From positions 36,606 through 100,605 of the forward strand of contig JAAOMT010000471.1 in assembly GCA_016748015.1 (NCBI GenBank): a stretch of 64,000 nt of DNA. The letters are read 5' to 3'. This DNA comes from Geosiphon pyriformis uo1 (Eukaryota > Fungi > Glomeromycota). The notes beneath the pieces were generated by a model, which made no database searches, was not told where the DNA came from, and saw only the letters and a list, made by a program, of their open reading frames with translations. How positions within the stretch are numbered: position 1 is the stretch's first letter; each line of letters begins with the position of its first letter. Below, piece after piece: positions 24,141-39,859 of this stretch. Position numbers and translations under genes: made by a program.

Positions 24141-25666
24141 ATTGGGTCTTGAATATCACTTTGGAATAAAAATAAGAAAAATTGTATTTTATTAACCAAA
24201 AACAATTTGAATTCATTACAAGGCTAATAAAATATCTTGGCCTATAAGAACATTTGATTGAACCATTATATTAAGAGTTTAGAATAAGAAGTCTAAATTG
24301 CTTGAAAAAGCATCAATTAATTGATAAACAGCTATTTAATTATAAATTTAATGATTTAAATCTTTAAACTTAAGAAGTAATTGGCTAAAGATAACTGAAA
24401 ATATTATCTGATAATTGGTGTTTTTTCTGCTTTCAAAATCTTTTTTAGAAACGAATTTGATTAAAAAGTAAACAATATAGGCTAAATAATTTTAGCAAAG
24501 TAATTAATAAGATATCAATTGTAATAATCGTTGAAATGAATAAAAAAAGACAATTTTATTTTTCAATATCTTGCTATTTTTAATGTGAAATAGGGATTAG
24601 AGTTAAATTTCAATTAGCAATAAAAAATTGCAAAATTAAGTATAATTATAAAAAGTATAATTTATTGTTATTAATGTATATTAAAATTTTTGATTTATAA
24701 AATGGGAAAATACTTTATTTATTTAGACGAATTATAAATATTCAGAATAATATTTTTTATAATATTTTAGTTTTTAATTTTTTAAATTTAAATCTAAATG
24801 TTGATTTTCATTCTAATTTAATATTATTTGTAATTTAAGGTATATTTCAAAAAAATTAAATATTAAATTTATTTTGAATTTATAAAAATTATAGTATTAT
24901 TTTATATTAAAAGAATGTATGTTAAGTTTCATCAATCTTTAATTTCATTATTATGAAATATTAGAATTAAAGATATTGATAAGCAGCGGGAATTAATAGG
25001 TTTATAAATAATTTGATCGAATAATTTATGAAATGAAGTTTTCGATTGAAGCATTCAAAGTTAGTTTTAAAGAAAAATTGAGAGTAAACAAAATAAGAAA
25101 TGAAAAGCAGCCGTTAATAAAACTTTTTTGTTTTAGTATTAGACAAAATTAAACTAAGAAAAAATAATTATATTAATAAAATATCTATTATTAAAGCATA
25201 ATATCAAAAATATTTTATTTCAATAGATTAAGTCTTTTAATATTTAGAAAATGAATTACATCTCAATTTTTAAAAATCTTTTTAATTCTTATATTGATTT
25301 TATTTAGAGTCTTGAAATGTTATTTTCCCTGGTTCACAGGAACCCTAAAGCGGTTATTATTATTATTATAATTATTATTATTGTGTTGTTGTTGTTCTAC
25401 AAATAAATAAATTGAAATACTCGTTTAAGCAATGAGACGACCGGTATTATAGCTACTAAATCTATTTATAGTTAAACTTGTGTAATCAATTTGTAGCAAA
25501 TAATAGTTTCGATATTTTGTTATTTGATAACATAGAGAAGCAGCAGTATAAAATAGGGACTCTGCCTTTTAAGAAATCACTTACTTTCTTAACGTACGAT
25601 ATAAAAAAGCTCTCTTCGAATTATAACCTCTTCACATTTAATATTTTATCTCCGCTTATACACATC

Positions 25667-26126
25667 ATGGAAAACAAAGAAATCACAAGAACTCATTCAG
25701 AAATACATGATTGCAACCTGTGTTCACTCTGTCAAGAGAGTATTCTAAATAATAATTCTAATCGTTGTAGCGCATGCTGGTTCATATTTTTAAAAAAACT
25801 TTACCACGACTTTTCAAGCGGCAATAAAGATGTTGATGAAATAATTAAGAGTCCAATCTATATTCCACCTAATCGGTCTAACAGTTATAAGGCTAATTTT
25901 CTTTATTATGAATGGATTTCATGGGAGCGTTTGTCGAATATCAAAGAAATTGATAGAGGAGGATTCAGTAGAATTTATACAGCAACTATAATTGATGGAT
26001 TAATTAATGAATATACTCTGAAACATTATGGTTCAATGGAATATAAAAGATGGAGATTAGAGGGTGATGTAGCAATAAAAATTATGTCAAAGAACAGTGA
26101 AGAAGTGTTTAAAGAGGTAAACAAAC

Positions 26127-26181
<55 letters not shown>

Positions 26182-27511
26182 GTTAATTCATATTAAATCA
26201 ATTCATATTTACCTATTATTATTTATTTTTACTCTATATATTATCTACTTACTTACTTTTTTACATTGTGTTGACAGTTAAATATTCAAAGAGTTATTGA
26301 AATTAATAACAGTGGCTATTTAAGTGATTATATCTCTTCAATCTATGGTATTACACAAAATGCTGAAACGCTCGAGTATGGAATTGTGATGGAGTTTGCC
26401 AAACATGGAGATATGCGAAAATATTTATCAACAAATTTTCATTTGAAGGGGTGGTTGGAAAAATTAGAGATTGCCCAGAGAATAGCTGAAGGACTTATTT
26501 CAATTCATTCTTCTGGTATAGTTCATCGTGACTTACACTCGGGCAACATCCTAAAATATGAATCTAGTTACGATATTTACGAGAGCATACAGATTCGCGA
26601 CATCTGGTTATGTCAACCAGTAAACCATGAAGCAACCGCAACAACAGCAATAACAGCAACAAAAACAACAACAATAAAAACAGGAAAAGTCAAGAAGGAA
26701 AAAAAGATATATGGAGTGGTTCCATACATTCCACCAGAAGTTTTAAGAGGAGAAAAATTTACAATGGCTGGTGATATTTATAGTTTTGCCATGTTATTAT
26801 GGGAATTAGCAACCGGAAAGCCTCCTTTTCATGATTGTTCTCATGACGCCATCCTTATAATGGCTATTTTAAATGGTCAAAGACCTAAGATTACCTCTCC
26901 ACTTATTCCACCTTGTATTACCGAAATAATTGTAAAGTGTTGGGATGTTAATCCTGAAAATCGTCCTACTGCGAAAGAAATTAGGGCCAAGTTGAGGGAA
27001 CTTTTGAAGTTTTATATGCGTTTTAAGTCGAAATTTAGATATCAGGGAATTATAGATAAAGAGTATAAACAGTATTTAGAATCAGAGAAATACGTAAAAG
27101 AAATGGCAGAAGGCGACGACTCAACAACAAAAACAACAACAACAACAACAACGAAAATGAGCATTCATCCAGGAGCAGTTTATACAAGTCGTATTTTAAC
27201 TTTGCAAAAAATTGATTTTTCTAAAGGTTAGTTCATCTATTTTATATTAATTAATTCATTGATTTAATTATTTTACATGATATTTAAAATTTACATTAAT
27301 TTGCATTAATTTACTTTTACATTAATTTACTTTATAAAAAAATTAGTCTATTTGCCTGTAGGTAAGTAAGAGTTAAAAAGTTAGAATATATATTTTTATA
27401 GTTATCCTATAATTTAACTATACAATCAATTATCTACTAGATTTTTTTATACTCAAATCAACCTTAAGATGGAATAACAAATTAGCCCCAAGTTGTTTAA
27501 TTTCCTTGTAA
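25667..27511 (+). CDS. Tyrosine-kinase-like (TKL) protein kinase of AMF type; predicted exons 25667-26116, 26278-27226, 27347-27361, 27441-27511
   Basis: N-terminal CSLC..CSAC, SSGNKDVDEII, Gly loop RGGFSRIY, VAIK, HRDLHSGNIL, YIPPE, DIYSF, CWDVNPENRP and HPGAVYTSR. GT-AG introns keep the frame; the last two exons are less certain. Confidence 0.88.
26127..26183 (+). repeat. (TTA)n microsatellite in kinase intron 1
   Basis: About 18 consecutive TTA units. Confidence 0.95.
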
Positions 27512-27561
27512 TAAAATATGATTTGAGAAAGACATTATCAATCTTAATTTTCGAAAAATTA

Positions 27562-28210
27562 CCGTAGACCACTGCCTATAGTACCCAGGGTATTATACAT
27601 GCGTGGGGGTACTAAATATGAGGGATACTTTACAAGAGGATAATATGGCAGCAATTTTCTGGAGCTTTAACATCACAACTTCAATCATTAGATATAGCTC
27701 TTAATAAACTTTTCAAAAACTAAGATAATCAAATTAATATTTAATAATTTTTATTACAGATTCATCGCATTTATAATGAATGGATCGCAAAAGAAATCAA
27801 AGAATACACTCCTTCTGGCAAAATCAAAATGACTACCCTGTACAACAATTGCTGAATGAGTGAAATTTTATTAATTTAAAGATCATTAAAATTTCGAATG
27901 AAACTGATGGAAAAATTATTTCTCAATTTTTTGCCTGTAAAATCTAATATTATTAACACTATCGGAATTCATTTTCAACAAGAAAGCAAAATACATGAAA
28001 ATAATCATATTATAGAAAAGGAAGATTGTAATATTAATAAAAGTGATGACGAAAGTTATGAAAATAATGCAACATGTATTAAAAGTTAAGAAGATTAAAT
28101 ATGTAACAACAAATAATAAACATATAAAATACCAGCATACAATTTTTTAAATTTAAAATTCTATAGTGTACCCAACCTTAATTAGGAATACTATAGACAG
28201 TGCCCTACTG
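27562..28210 (+). mobile_element. Internally deleted pogo/Tigger-like DNA transposon relic
   Basis: Imperfect ~26-bp TIRs (ccgtagaccactgcctatagtaccc vs the reverse complement of the right end, cagtagggcactgtctatagtattcc), TA on the left flank, and transposase remnants GALTSQLQSLDIALNK and IYNEWIAKEIKEYTPSGKIK. Confidence 0.75.
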
Positions 28211-31200
28211 TCATCGTTTTTATTTTTCATTAACTGCATAATGAAACTGGTACTTTTAAATACTGATGAACTTAAAAGACTTTACATAATAAAATTAAAA
28301 GAATAAATATAAATATGATTAATAAGAAATTGTTTGTATTGAAAATTTAAAGTACTCGGAATTCCAAAAATAAAACTTATATATCAGCACAGGGAATATG
28401 TGATAGACATCAAGGGTGATAAGTTTTATTATAAATAATTTAGGATTTCTCATGTTTTTACCAAGTTTTTTTTTAACTTTGATAATATTTAGTAGTAATT
28501 TTAATCTTTGACATCAAATTGCCAAAAATATCTGAGTTATTCAAAATAAAGCTATAATTTGAAAGAAAAAAGCATCTTTGAATTCCCTTCTAAATTTTTA
28601 GAAGCAATGGATATTTTCTTAAACATTTTAAAAAATAAATGCACAAGCATTTTATTTCTCTATAGCATAATGATAGTTTATATTAGTAGAAACAGAAATA
28701 AATTTATTTCCAACAGTCATATATTTTAAAACTATCCAGAAAAAGTTTCACTTTTCTCGCAGTTAAATATTCTCTTGGAGAAAAGAGTGATGCCTAAATA
28801 GTTTAAGAGAACATTTTAATGATAAATCTGAAATAAATAGGTAATCAATTAAAAATTAAATTAAATTAAAGTTGACATCCATTAAACATAATTAATTTTT
28901 TTAAACTAACTAATTTTTATTTTTATTAATTTAAAAAAAATTGTTATTAATAAACTATAGTAATATAGAAACATTATGTTAAAATATTGTAATTTATTAT
29001 TTAATTATTTCTAAAATAATAATAATAATAATATTATAGTCAATTAAAAGTTTTATTTATTACAAAAAAAAGGTTTTTGATGATTTTCTCAAAATAATTA
29101 ATTTAGAGCTTTTACAAAATAACAAATTGAAATTTTATAATTAAAATTAAACAATTTCAATTTTTCATTAATATTAAGTTTTTTTATTTAGTAATAATTA
29201 CATTTACTTGTACTATATTATATAATCATATTAATTTAAAAAGAAAACTTTATCTTATAATTTAAAATTAAAATTATGGATCTTAAATTCTAATAATATA
29301 TTAATTAAATAACGAAAAATTATTAGGCTATTTTTATCAAAAAACTTTTAGTTATATGGTTCTGGGAAAAATATAGCTTTTTTATTCAAAATATTTAATA
29401 CCAATTTTATAATATTTATAGAAACTAATATATAATTTTTTTCTAGATTGAATACAAACAAACATATTATGAATATTAATTAATATAAAAAATGCACAAT
29501 GTAAAATTTATTATAAACTATTAACTAAATCAATAAAATAAATTTAAACATATTATGACTTTTTTAAATTTTACAATAAATATAAGGTTTTTTTAATAAA
29601 AATTTTTATAATCATTATATATTTAAGCAACATAAAAATAATTTATGTTTTTGGTAATAGTTAAAATATCATAAAGTTTTAAATAATAAAAATAATTTTA
29701 TTTTTGATATGCTCTTTTAACTAGTAAAATTAATATAAATATAAATATTTTGTCAATATCAGCTTTTTTTCAATAATAGCTTTCATAAAATCTTTGTTAT
29801 TTGTTAGCATGAATCATTAAATGTTTAATTATTTATAAAAAATTCTATTTTTGAATTATTCATTACTATGATAATTGACAAAGTCAGTCAGTATTCTTAA
29901 ACAGGTTTTATAAAATTATTAAATATTTATTTAATTTTAAAATTTAAAAAAGATTATTATTGCGGCATAGTCAATGGCAAAACTAAAATACTTTGTGATT
30001 TTTCATTTTGTCTATAAACTATAATTGGCTAAGAAAATACTCTAACTATTTGCAAATACACAATATTGTGCTCAGGTGGCTGAAAACCTCAAACTTAGAA
30101 AATTAAAGTGACACGAATCTATTTACCTATAAATTTTAACCACTTCTTATTACTTTTTTTAATACTTAAAACATTCACAGTTAAATTAATAGATAATGCA
30201 AATGTACTTTTTACAAGATTGTCTGCCGAAAAAAATCTAATTTCTTTAAATGCAACAATTAAAACACTTTATAGATAAATAAAATGAATCCAGAAAAAAA
30301 TTTCAAGAGAGTGATAGTAATAATGGAACAGAGTATTGAATTTCTGTTTTTGATTGTGGTTAGAAAAATTTTAAAATATATAGATTTAGGGAAGAACATT
30401 TTCAATTATTGATTTAAAATTATTTCAATTTATTTTTTTTCGAATTCATTTTTAATTTAAACACTATTTTCAAACTCAAAAAATTTAAAAATTAAAATGA
30501 TCCATAAAGTAAATCAATTGCAAATGAAAATTTAAAATAACACATTTTCAACATTTAAAATATTTTGACTTTTAAATTGAATTGAACAAGAATTAGATTA
30601 GAAACTAATATGCAAAATAAATTTATTAAGTAGAACAATAATTTGTTTATTTCCATTGTAATTTTTTTTGGACAACTTAACATTAATATTTGAAATGACA
30701 AAGGTACACCCCAGACTCAGACTAGGGGCTTTGATACTTTTTCATATCATATCATAATATCAAACAAAAACCAGTTGAATCTGTTAATAAAGTAAAAAAA
30801 AAATATTATTCTATTTTTTTTTTGAATAAATGCGTGTTCAAATCATTCAAGTTTTTAAATTAAAATATTATAGTATTTAGATATATATATATAAATCTGT
30901 TAAATAGAAAAAAATTTGAATCAAAGAATTTTTTTTTAAAATAAAACTTAAATTTATTTTGTTTTTTAATATAGCATTCTTTATAAATGCATACAATTAA
31001 GCTATTATTTTTTGTTGAGCTGACAACACAAATTTAAATTCAACATAATATAAATTATCGTTTTAAATCTAATTTAGATTCAGCGCTCAATTAACTATTT
31101 TTGTCGAATAAAAAAATACTCAAATTATCTCTTAATAATAGTGAGTGAAATAAATAAGATATTCAGTTTTTGATCGGGAAATTAATTGAGATATCGTAAA

Positions 31201-31517
31201 AAATATCTGAGAGCTTTAATATTCATTTTTATTAGCTTCTCCTGGATCGATTCAAAATAACTACACTTTTTCAAGAATAACAAATTCAACTAATATTAAA
31301 CTGGAATTTCAAAATGTGGGCTTTTTAAAAATTTTGAATGAATTTTATTTAATTATTAATATTGAGAAAACATTTGATAAATAAAGTCATGAGGATCAAG
31401 AAATCACAGATGATGCCCATATTAGATGGTAAATGGAAGAATTACTAATATTCATATAAATAATTTCCTCTGAACCTAAAATCGTAATTCATTCAAAATT
31501 CACAAGAAATTCTGAAT

Positions 31518-33600
31518 ATGGCTTTCTTATACTTTATTGCCTTGATTGCCGCATTTTACTTTTATAAAATCGTATTCTCGAAATCAAAAATCAATGATGG
31601 AAAGCATTTGCCTGTACCACCAGGCGGTATTCCGTTTTTTGGTAAAATCTTTAGTTTTTTTCTTTACAGAAAATTCCAAAATTTTTAATTTGATTGAAAT
31701 TTTATTAGGACATATGTTTTTGCTGGGAATGGATATGCATAAAAAGTTTGCATCATTTTTTAATTTCATATTTATTAGAATTACTGTACATGTTGAAATC
31801 ACTCATTTTTGTCAATACACATTAATTCTTTACAGATTTGCTGAATGGAGTGAAACTTGTGGTGAAATTTTCATGATTCATTTGGGTCCTATGCGTTGGA
31901 TTATCCTCAACAGCCCTAAAGTCGTTGACGAACTGCTTCAAAAACGTGACTCTTCTTTTTTTTTAATCTAAGAGCTTACCAATTATTTCCAAATTAATCA
32001 TTTTATCAATGAATATAGGAAGTGCAATCTATTCCTCGCGTCCATATAACCATTTGTTTCTTCTTTCTTCACGCGACAGAAGTATTCTTTTTTCACCTTA
32101 TAATGCATGGTGTAAAAAAATAATGCCTTTAGGTTAGAAAACGAATCTTTGCTTTCATTTTTTTCCAATAATAATTTTCTAAGATACTTTTTAATTTTTT
32201 GCCTTCAATAGCATACGGTTTTTTATCTCAACGAAAAGTCGAATCTTACTCTAATAATATAGCAGAATGCACCCGTGACCTAGTTTCCAAGATTTTAAAG
32301 GATACTAATGGATCTGAAGGAATTGATCTTTCAAATTATCTCCGTTTCACATCATTTAACATTATTTTGAATGTTCTTTTTGCAATTAAATTAGAAAATT
32401 TTGAAGATATCCTTTATATAAAGTTAGATCAATTCTTTAAAAAATACATTGGACGGGGGACTTTTAAAAATTTGATTCCAAGTCGGTATCCATTCTTATT
32501 TTGGTTTCCTCCCTTCCGAAGTGAGCTTGAAGAAACTCTTCGATTACGTGAAGAGTGGGAAGCAGTAACGCGAGGCTTGTTGGAAAGGGTAAAAAATGAT
32601 CCGGCAAAGAAACTATCTGTTGCTCAAGATTTTTTGAGGAAGCAAGATGAAGGGCTAATTGATGAATTGGATGTGATTAAACTGTGTGAAGATTTTTTGT
32701 TGGCAGGAACAGTACGTTAAAAATAACATTTCATATTATATCTAATTGTTTTTGTAAAAATATTAACCTTTTAATAATATTTTTTTTATATGTAAAAATA
32801 GGAAACCGTGGCAACTAACTTATATTGGCTTATTGCAAATTTGGCTAATAATCCAGACTTTCAGCAAAAAGCTCATGAAGAATTAGATAGAGTAGTTGGG
32901 CATGAACGTTTGCCAACTACTTCCGACTTTAGCTCCCTTCCATATATCCAATCGCTCATTAAAGAAACTCTTCGTCAGGCTCCTGTGGTTTATATATTTT
33001 TCGATATATTACTGAATTTCTGCTGTTTCAAGAACTCATGAATGATTCTTCTGTTTTTCTAGCTCCCAATAATATTTAGATATCTTGAGCAAGATGATAC
33101 ATATATGGGTTATCAGATTCCAAAAAATTCAATAATTATTTTGAATATTTATGCCTTAAACTCTGACAAGACTCGGTACGAAAACCCCGATATTTTCAAT
33201 CCAGATCGATTTATGGATTCAAAGGAACGTTTCGCCATTTCGGCCAAAGGCTCGTATCAAAATCGAGATCATTATACATTTTCGGTTGGAAGAAGAATAT
33301 GTACAGGAATTTATTTAGTAAGTTTGAATGTATATTATAGATCTTCAAGTACAATATCTTTTTTAACAAAACTTTGGACAGGCTGAGGTCGAACTACTTT
33401 ATCTCTCAAGTACGCTACTTTGGGCTTTCAAATTCGAAAATCCAAATCAAGATGCAATGGGAAAATCTATCCCTATTGATTTAAGCCCTTCTCCTAAAAC
33501 TTTGGTTCAAAATCCTAATCCTTATAAAGTCCGAATCATTCCGAGGCATCCCGAAACCAAGGCTATGCTCCTAAGCAAAATTTTCCAAGACCAAAATTAA
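31518..33600 (+). CDS. Cytochrome P450, 8 predicted exons
   Basis: N-terminal membrane anchor plus PVPPGGIPFFG; I-helix AGT|ET; ETLR; PDRF; haem motif FSVGRRICTG. GT-AG introns give a continuous frame ending at TAA 33598-33600. Confidence 0.93.
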
Positions 33601-35185
33601 AAGCAAATGTTTCTCCACAAGGTCTTTATTGTCAATTTAGGTAGCTCTAGCATCTTTGGTATCATTTAAATATAACATTGTAACAAGTTTTCTAAATTAT
33701 TAAGAGAATAAAGTTATAAACAAATACAAGCTTAGCCAGAAACTAACTTCGGATGCTTCAATTGAAAACTTTCGGATCATTACTTAGTCGATTAAGATAT
33801 TCATAAATCAATTATTAATGTATTTAGGTGAGTTAACATTAAATCAAAATGCCATTTAGGAATTATCGCGCAATCTTTTTTCACTTGGTCAATAAAACAA
33901 TTTTAGAAGAATATATTTCATTTATAAAAAAGAACTGTAGAAAATAAATAAAGCAGCTAAGAGTGATATCTTGTATTTCAAAACCCATAATATTTTTTTG
34001 AACTTTGAGAAATTATATCAATTTGTTCAACTAATTTCAGTTCAGAGAAAATATTGAGCAAGCATAAAATTTAGAATTCTAATTATCTTTTTAACAAAAA
34101 AATTAATGCAATATGTCATTCTATTTTCTTGTAAAATAGAAATCAACAAGAAGCAACATAACAAAACTTTATTGAAAGCTACTATGAATGTTTTTTACAT
34201 TGTCAGTTGGAACTTGAAAAAATTGTACTATTAACCAGGCCAAAACTTTTCGTGCTGGATATAATGTGCCAATCAAGATCTATCTTTTCTTTACTTTTTA
34301 TTAATAGTGAAGTCTGTATGAGGCTAGTCAATTGTCTTGAAATTTTTCTTTGTGTCAAAATTAATCAACTCCAAAGTCTTTTGCTTATTATAACAACATC
34401 ATAACAATGTAGAAAGAACTCAAAATTTTCACATCTCACTCTCAATAGTAAAGCAACTAAAACAGCGATCAATGAATATTATGCTGAATTAATAAATAGT
34501 CAAGAAAATTACTTCTCTATATTAAGCTATTTGCTTCTGCTGCAGTACCAAAAATATGTGATGCAAACATAATACAACAATTCAAAAAACTAAACCTTAT
34601 GCCTCAATCCTAATAAAAGATCTCGATACAGAATCAGATTGAAATGGCCCGAATAAAAAGCATAAAAAATTTAAGTTATTTGATAAGTTATTTTAATCGG
34701 AAATTGATTGACTTTTTGTAATTTCAGTCTTTAAAACGGTCAACAATCCTTTTTTTCTATATATTAATACACAAAATTCTGGTCTAAATACTCGATTACT
34801 ATAAATTGGACTTTAAAACCTGTTAGAATTTGCATCGCAGCATTTTCAAGAGCTTCGATAAAGTTAACAAGGGAATTATCTTTTAAACTTTCCAAAAGAT
34901 CCTTATCTTCTTGGATTAAAAAGAGCCAAGTTTTGTAAGTGTTGTGATCACTAAGATAGTACACAGTGTAAAATTTTTGCCGCCGCAATGCTCAACTTCT
35001 AATGTTTATTAATATGCTAATTCGAATAATGTGATTATAAATCAATAATGTAAAGAAATTAGAAAGGAACGAAGAATTGACTTAAAAACATCCGAAAAAA
35101 GCTAAAGCATAGCTAATATATATTATATCAATTTATGTGAAATCTGAAATTTAGCATAACTTACAAATATTTTTGTACATTAAAA

Positions 35186-36549
<1,364 letters not shown>

Positions 36550-36859
36550 GATTGAAAGAAATTCTCAAGTCTTGTAGGAATATTTTCCTTGACAATTTAA
36601 TTTATATTTTTCTTTGATCATAACATTATGATTTAATCGTGGGAAGATCTTATTTCTGGGCGTAAAACAAGGCAATCATATTTCCGTCACGATAAAAAAA
36701 ATTTCCTAACCATGTATATTTTGATTCGAATTTTAAAGTAAATGATTGGTTTTCGAAAAAAGGCAAGGACTGTTATTTTAGCCATATTTATACATGTATT
36801 AAAACGTTTAAAAGCATAACTTACAGCTATCTATTCAATCTAGATAGGTGAAGAGGGTA

Positions 36860-37130
36860 TTCTTTTCAAAATTACAGTGCTCTGCCAATAGGTGCCAAAG
36901 ATGTTCAAGATTAGATCAAACAACAGAAGACTAAATTATCATTATTAATCTCCAGAATTGATTTTATTGAACACTCGCGGGATACTTTTGAAAGAAGAAT
37001 TCATAACCAACTTTTGCATCCAAAGAATGGGTCGCAAATTCTGGGGATATCTATAAAAGATTTATTGAAAGCATCCCAAAAGGCATTATGGAATGTATAT
37101 AAAAAAGGAAATCCAGCAGTAATATTAAAA
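36860..37130 (+). mobile_element. Tc1/mariner transposase C-terminal relic
   Basis: Remnants SPELIFIEHSRDTFERRIHNQ (from SPDLNPIEHLWD) and RFIESIPKGIMECI...KG; frameshifted. Confidence 0.5.
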
Positions 37131-38269
37131 ATGAATTCAAACGATACTTGTACCAGGGCAGTATATTCTTCTTTAGTAAAAATATACGGAGAATCCCAAT
37201 TTATAAATGACATTTTTCTTATCATTTGAAATATTGAATTGATGTGTCGTAGCACATTTTTTCCAAAGACTTGAGTACATTGTTAAAATTTGAAAGTAAG
37301 GCTTTTTATTTCCCATATTTCGGGAAAATTTTAAATGCATAGAGTAATTTTTAAAAATAAATTTTTTGTTCATATTTTAAGAAAGTTTTATATAAAAATT
37401 TTATTGATAAAAAATAAAAATTATAATTTAATTTTATCAAATATTAATTCATATTAATAATACAAAATTAGAAAAATTACAAAATCAACTATTTGTAAAA
37501 AAATTAATAGTATGAATTGAAGATTTATTCTAAAAAAAAATTTTTTATAAGCATAATTTTATTTTTGGGATATATTTTTACAATATATAATGTGTTAACT
37601 TTTTAAAATACAAAAAATATGTATTCAAGATTGTATTGAAAAAAATTTAAACATGTACACCGGGAATTAAGAAAATAACAGAAAAATAATTTATATTTGT
37701 TTTTTCATTTTCCACTTTTCAGCAGACATTTTGGAATCTCTTGAATATTTTGATTATAGAGTTTTTATTATAAATTTTTCTAATTGGTATTTTGGTTAAT
37801 AATATATTTACATTTTTTAATTCTAATTCTAAAAATATAATTTGTTTAATATTATCTTTTGTGATTAGTTGAAGATATTTTAAGCTTAATTTTTGGAAAT
37901 TTTAAAAGACAATTAATAAAATTAAATGTAAATTAGTACTAATGTAACTTTTTAAATTAAATGTTTCTTTAATCGATTTTATAAAAATATGTTCAAGTGC
38001 TCCGGAAAATGATAAAATTATGTATATTAAATGAATCTTGCTAAATTAATGATATTTGATATCTCATAACAAACTACAGATTTCAAAAAAGTTTTTGCCT
38101 ATCATTGAGAAATATTTGTTAATTGTTTCAAATCATCTACGAAAAAATTAATTCCGGCGCTGATAATCTCTGAATAATTTTAAATATCGAGTTAAAAAAT
38201 TAATTTTCTTCTCTTTTTGAATTGAGCAGTTTATTTAGCAAACTTTTTTCAGAATAAACATAAAGAGAA

Positions 38270-39644
38270 ATGTATAGAATTCAAAGAAATTCTATTAAAT
38301 ATTTTCGATTTTTTTCAATAAAATTAAACCCATTCTATTTCGCTTCATTCATTTTGATATTCGTATTCTTTATTTTAACAACAATTTCTTTCCATTTGAA
38401 TTGTTTAAAATTCCGAAATACTTTAAAGAATTTCCAAAATTCAAAACGAAATAAACTTTATCCTTTTGAAAATATTCCAAAATCAATCAAGAAACTTTCA
38501 AGATCACCTCGAATCCCATTTTTATCAAAAACATCACAAATTGATAATGATCATATTTTCTATAAAAGAACAGACAATGGTAAAGAACCATACCTTAAAA
38601 AACGACCATTTGATAGCACTCAAAGAGACGAGATTGAACTATTAAAAATGAACGCTCTATGTGCTAATACGCCCTATTGTTTGCCACCCTTCTTAATTGA
38701 TCCTGTTGGAAGCTTTGTGAAACATGGCGAATACATCTTTGGTATTTTATAATCATTCAGTGCTTTTTATTCTTAAGAGTCTGAAGACTCCTCAATTCAA
38801 ATGACTTTTTCACTATTTCATATTCAATGAAATGTAACAGGTAACGTAGTGAAAGATATTGTATTAAAAAAGATTGTTGTATATTTCAAAGCCCCTATTT
38901 TAAGTAAAGCCGACTGGGAAAATAGAAGAAATGAGTTGGTACCATTCAGTGTTCCAGGAATGTCAACAAATGCATTAGTACTAGTTGATAAAGAATGGTT
39001 TGGCGAGGTATACATTATAATGACTGCTATACTATCAAAAATATATGATAATCTAGAAGACGAGAGATTCACGAATATTACTTTTTGTGGACATGGCGTG
39101 GGTGGTGGTGAGTGATTTACATTTTTTTGTTCACGAAAACTTTTTCCTTTAGTAATTTTGATTTTCAAAATTAATAGCATATGCAGCGATAGCGGGTTTA
39201 TCATTTACGATTATGGATTTTATTGGATCTCATCCACCCCATTTTAAAAAACTCAAAAAATCACTTAATATTTCCATCTATACTTATGGTCAGCCAAGAA
39301 CGGGAAATATAATGTTTGCCAGAATGATGAATGATTTGGCAAAGGTTACAAGAGTTACTCGCCGGAATGATTACGTCCCACATTTTCTTCCAATTGAAAA
39401 TCCACGCTCAATAATGCAACATCATGGAAGAGAAATATGGATTGGACCAATAGATTGTGAATGTCCTGAAGATAAAGAATTTGTTTTATTTGATGGAGAA
39501 GCTGTATGGGATTGTGGAATAGCCAAAGAAATTTTCAATTTAGAAAGATATTCATCCAGAATAAACCACTTTATTTCGGAAAAGTTTTGGATTCCTGGAG
39601 ATGATATGGCAGGGGAGAATAAGGTTAGTAGTAGAAGATATTTA

Positions 39645-39675
<31 letters not shown>

Positions 39676-39859
39676 GGCATGTTTTTTATTTCAAAATTTG
39701 TGAGTTTAATAAAGCTTCAGAATTGATTTATTCAATTAAATAAAAATTTAGGAATGTAATTCTGGACAATTGATCGCAGGTGAGAATAGCATTCAAGAAC
39801 ATTACGGCCCTTATTTTGGTATTACAATGGGTGATTGCAGTGGATTTTTCAATAGATAA
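38270..39859 (+). CDS. Class-3 lipase-like protein with the nucleophile Ser replaced by Gly; predicted exons 38270-38741, 38841-39107, 39178-39623, 39752-39859
   Basis: N-terminal hydrophobic segment; ITFCGHGVGGAYA (GxSxG position); YTYGQPRTGN; RVTRRNDYVPH; HHGREIWI; C-terminal EHYGPYFGITMGDC. The spliced frame is intact. Confidence 0.88.

Noticed and set aside
25478-26281. ORF-track protein with an N-terminal extension and a poly-Leu 'transmembrane' tail
   Set aside because: The poly-Leu is read-through into intron 1, a (TTA)n microsatellite, and the likely start is ATG 25667.
34764-34988. 74-aa minus-strand ORF between the P450 and the oxidoreductase
   Set aside because: It has a TTG start and no recognisable motif or splice context. 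It may be a relic, but I cannot support that.
39624-39743. Poly-Tyr tail in the lipase ORF
   Set aside because: This is an intronic (TAT)n repeat; the real last exon starts at 39752.
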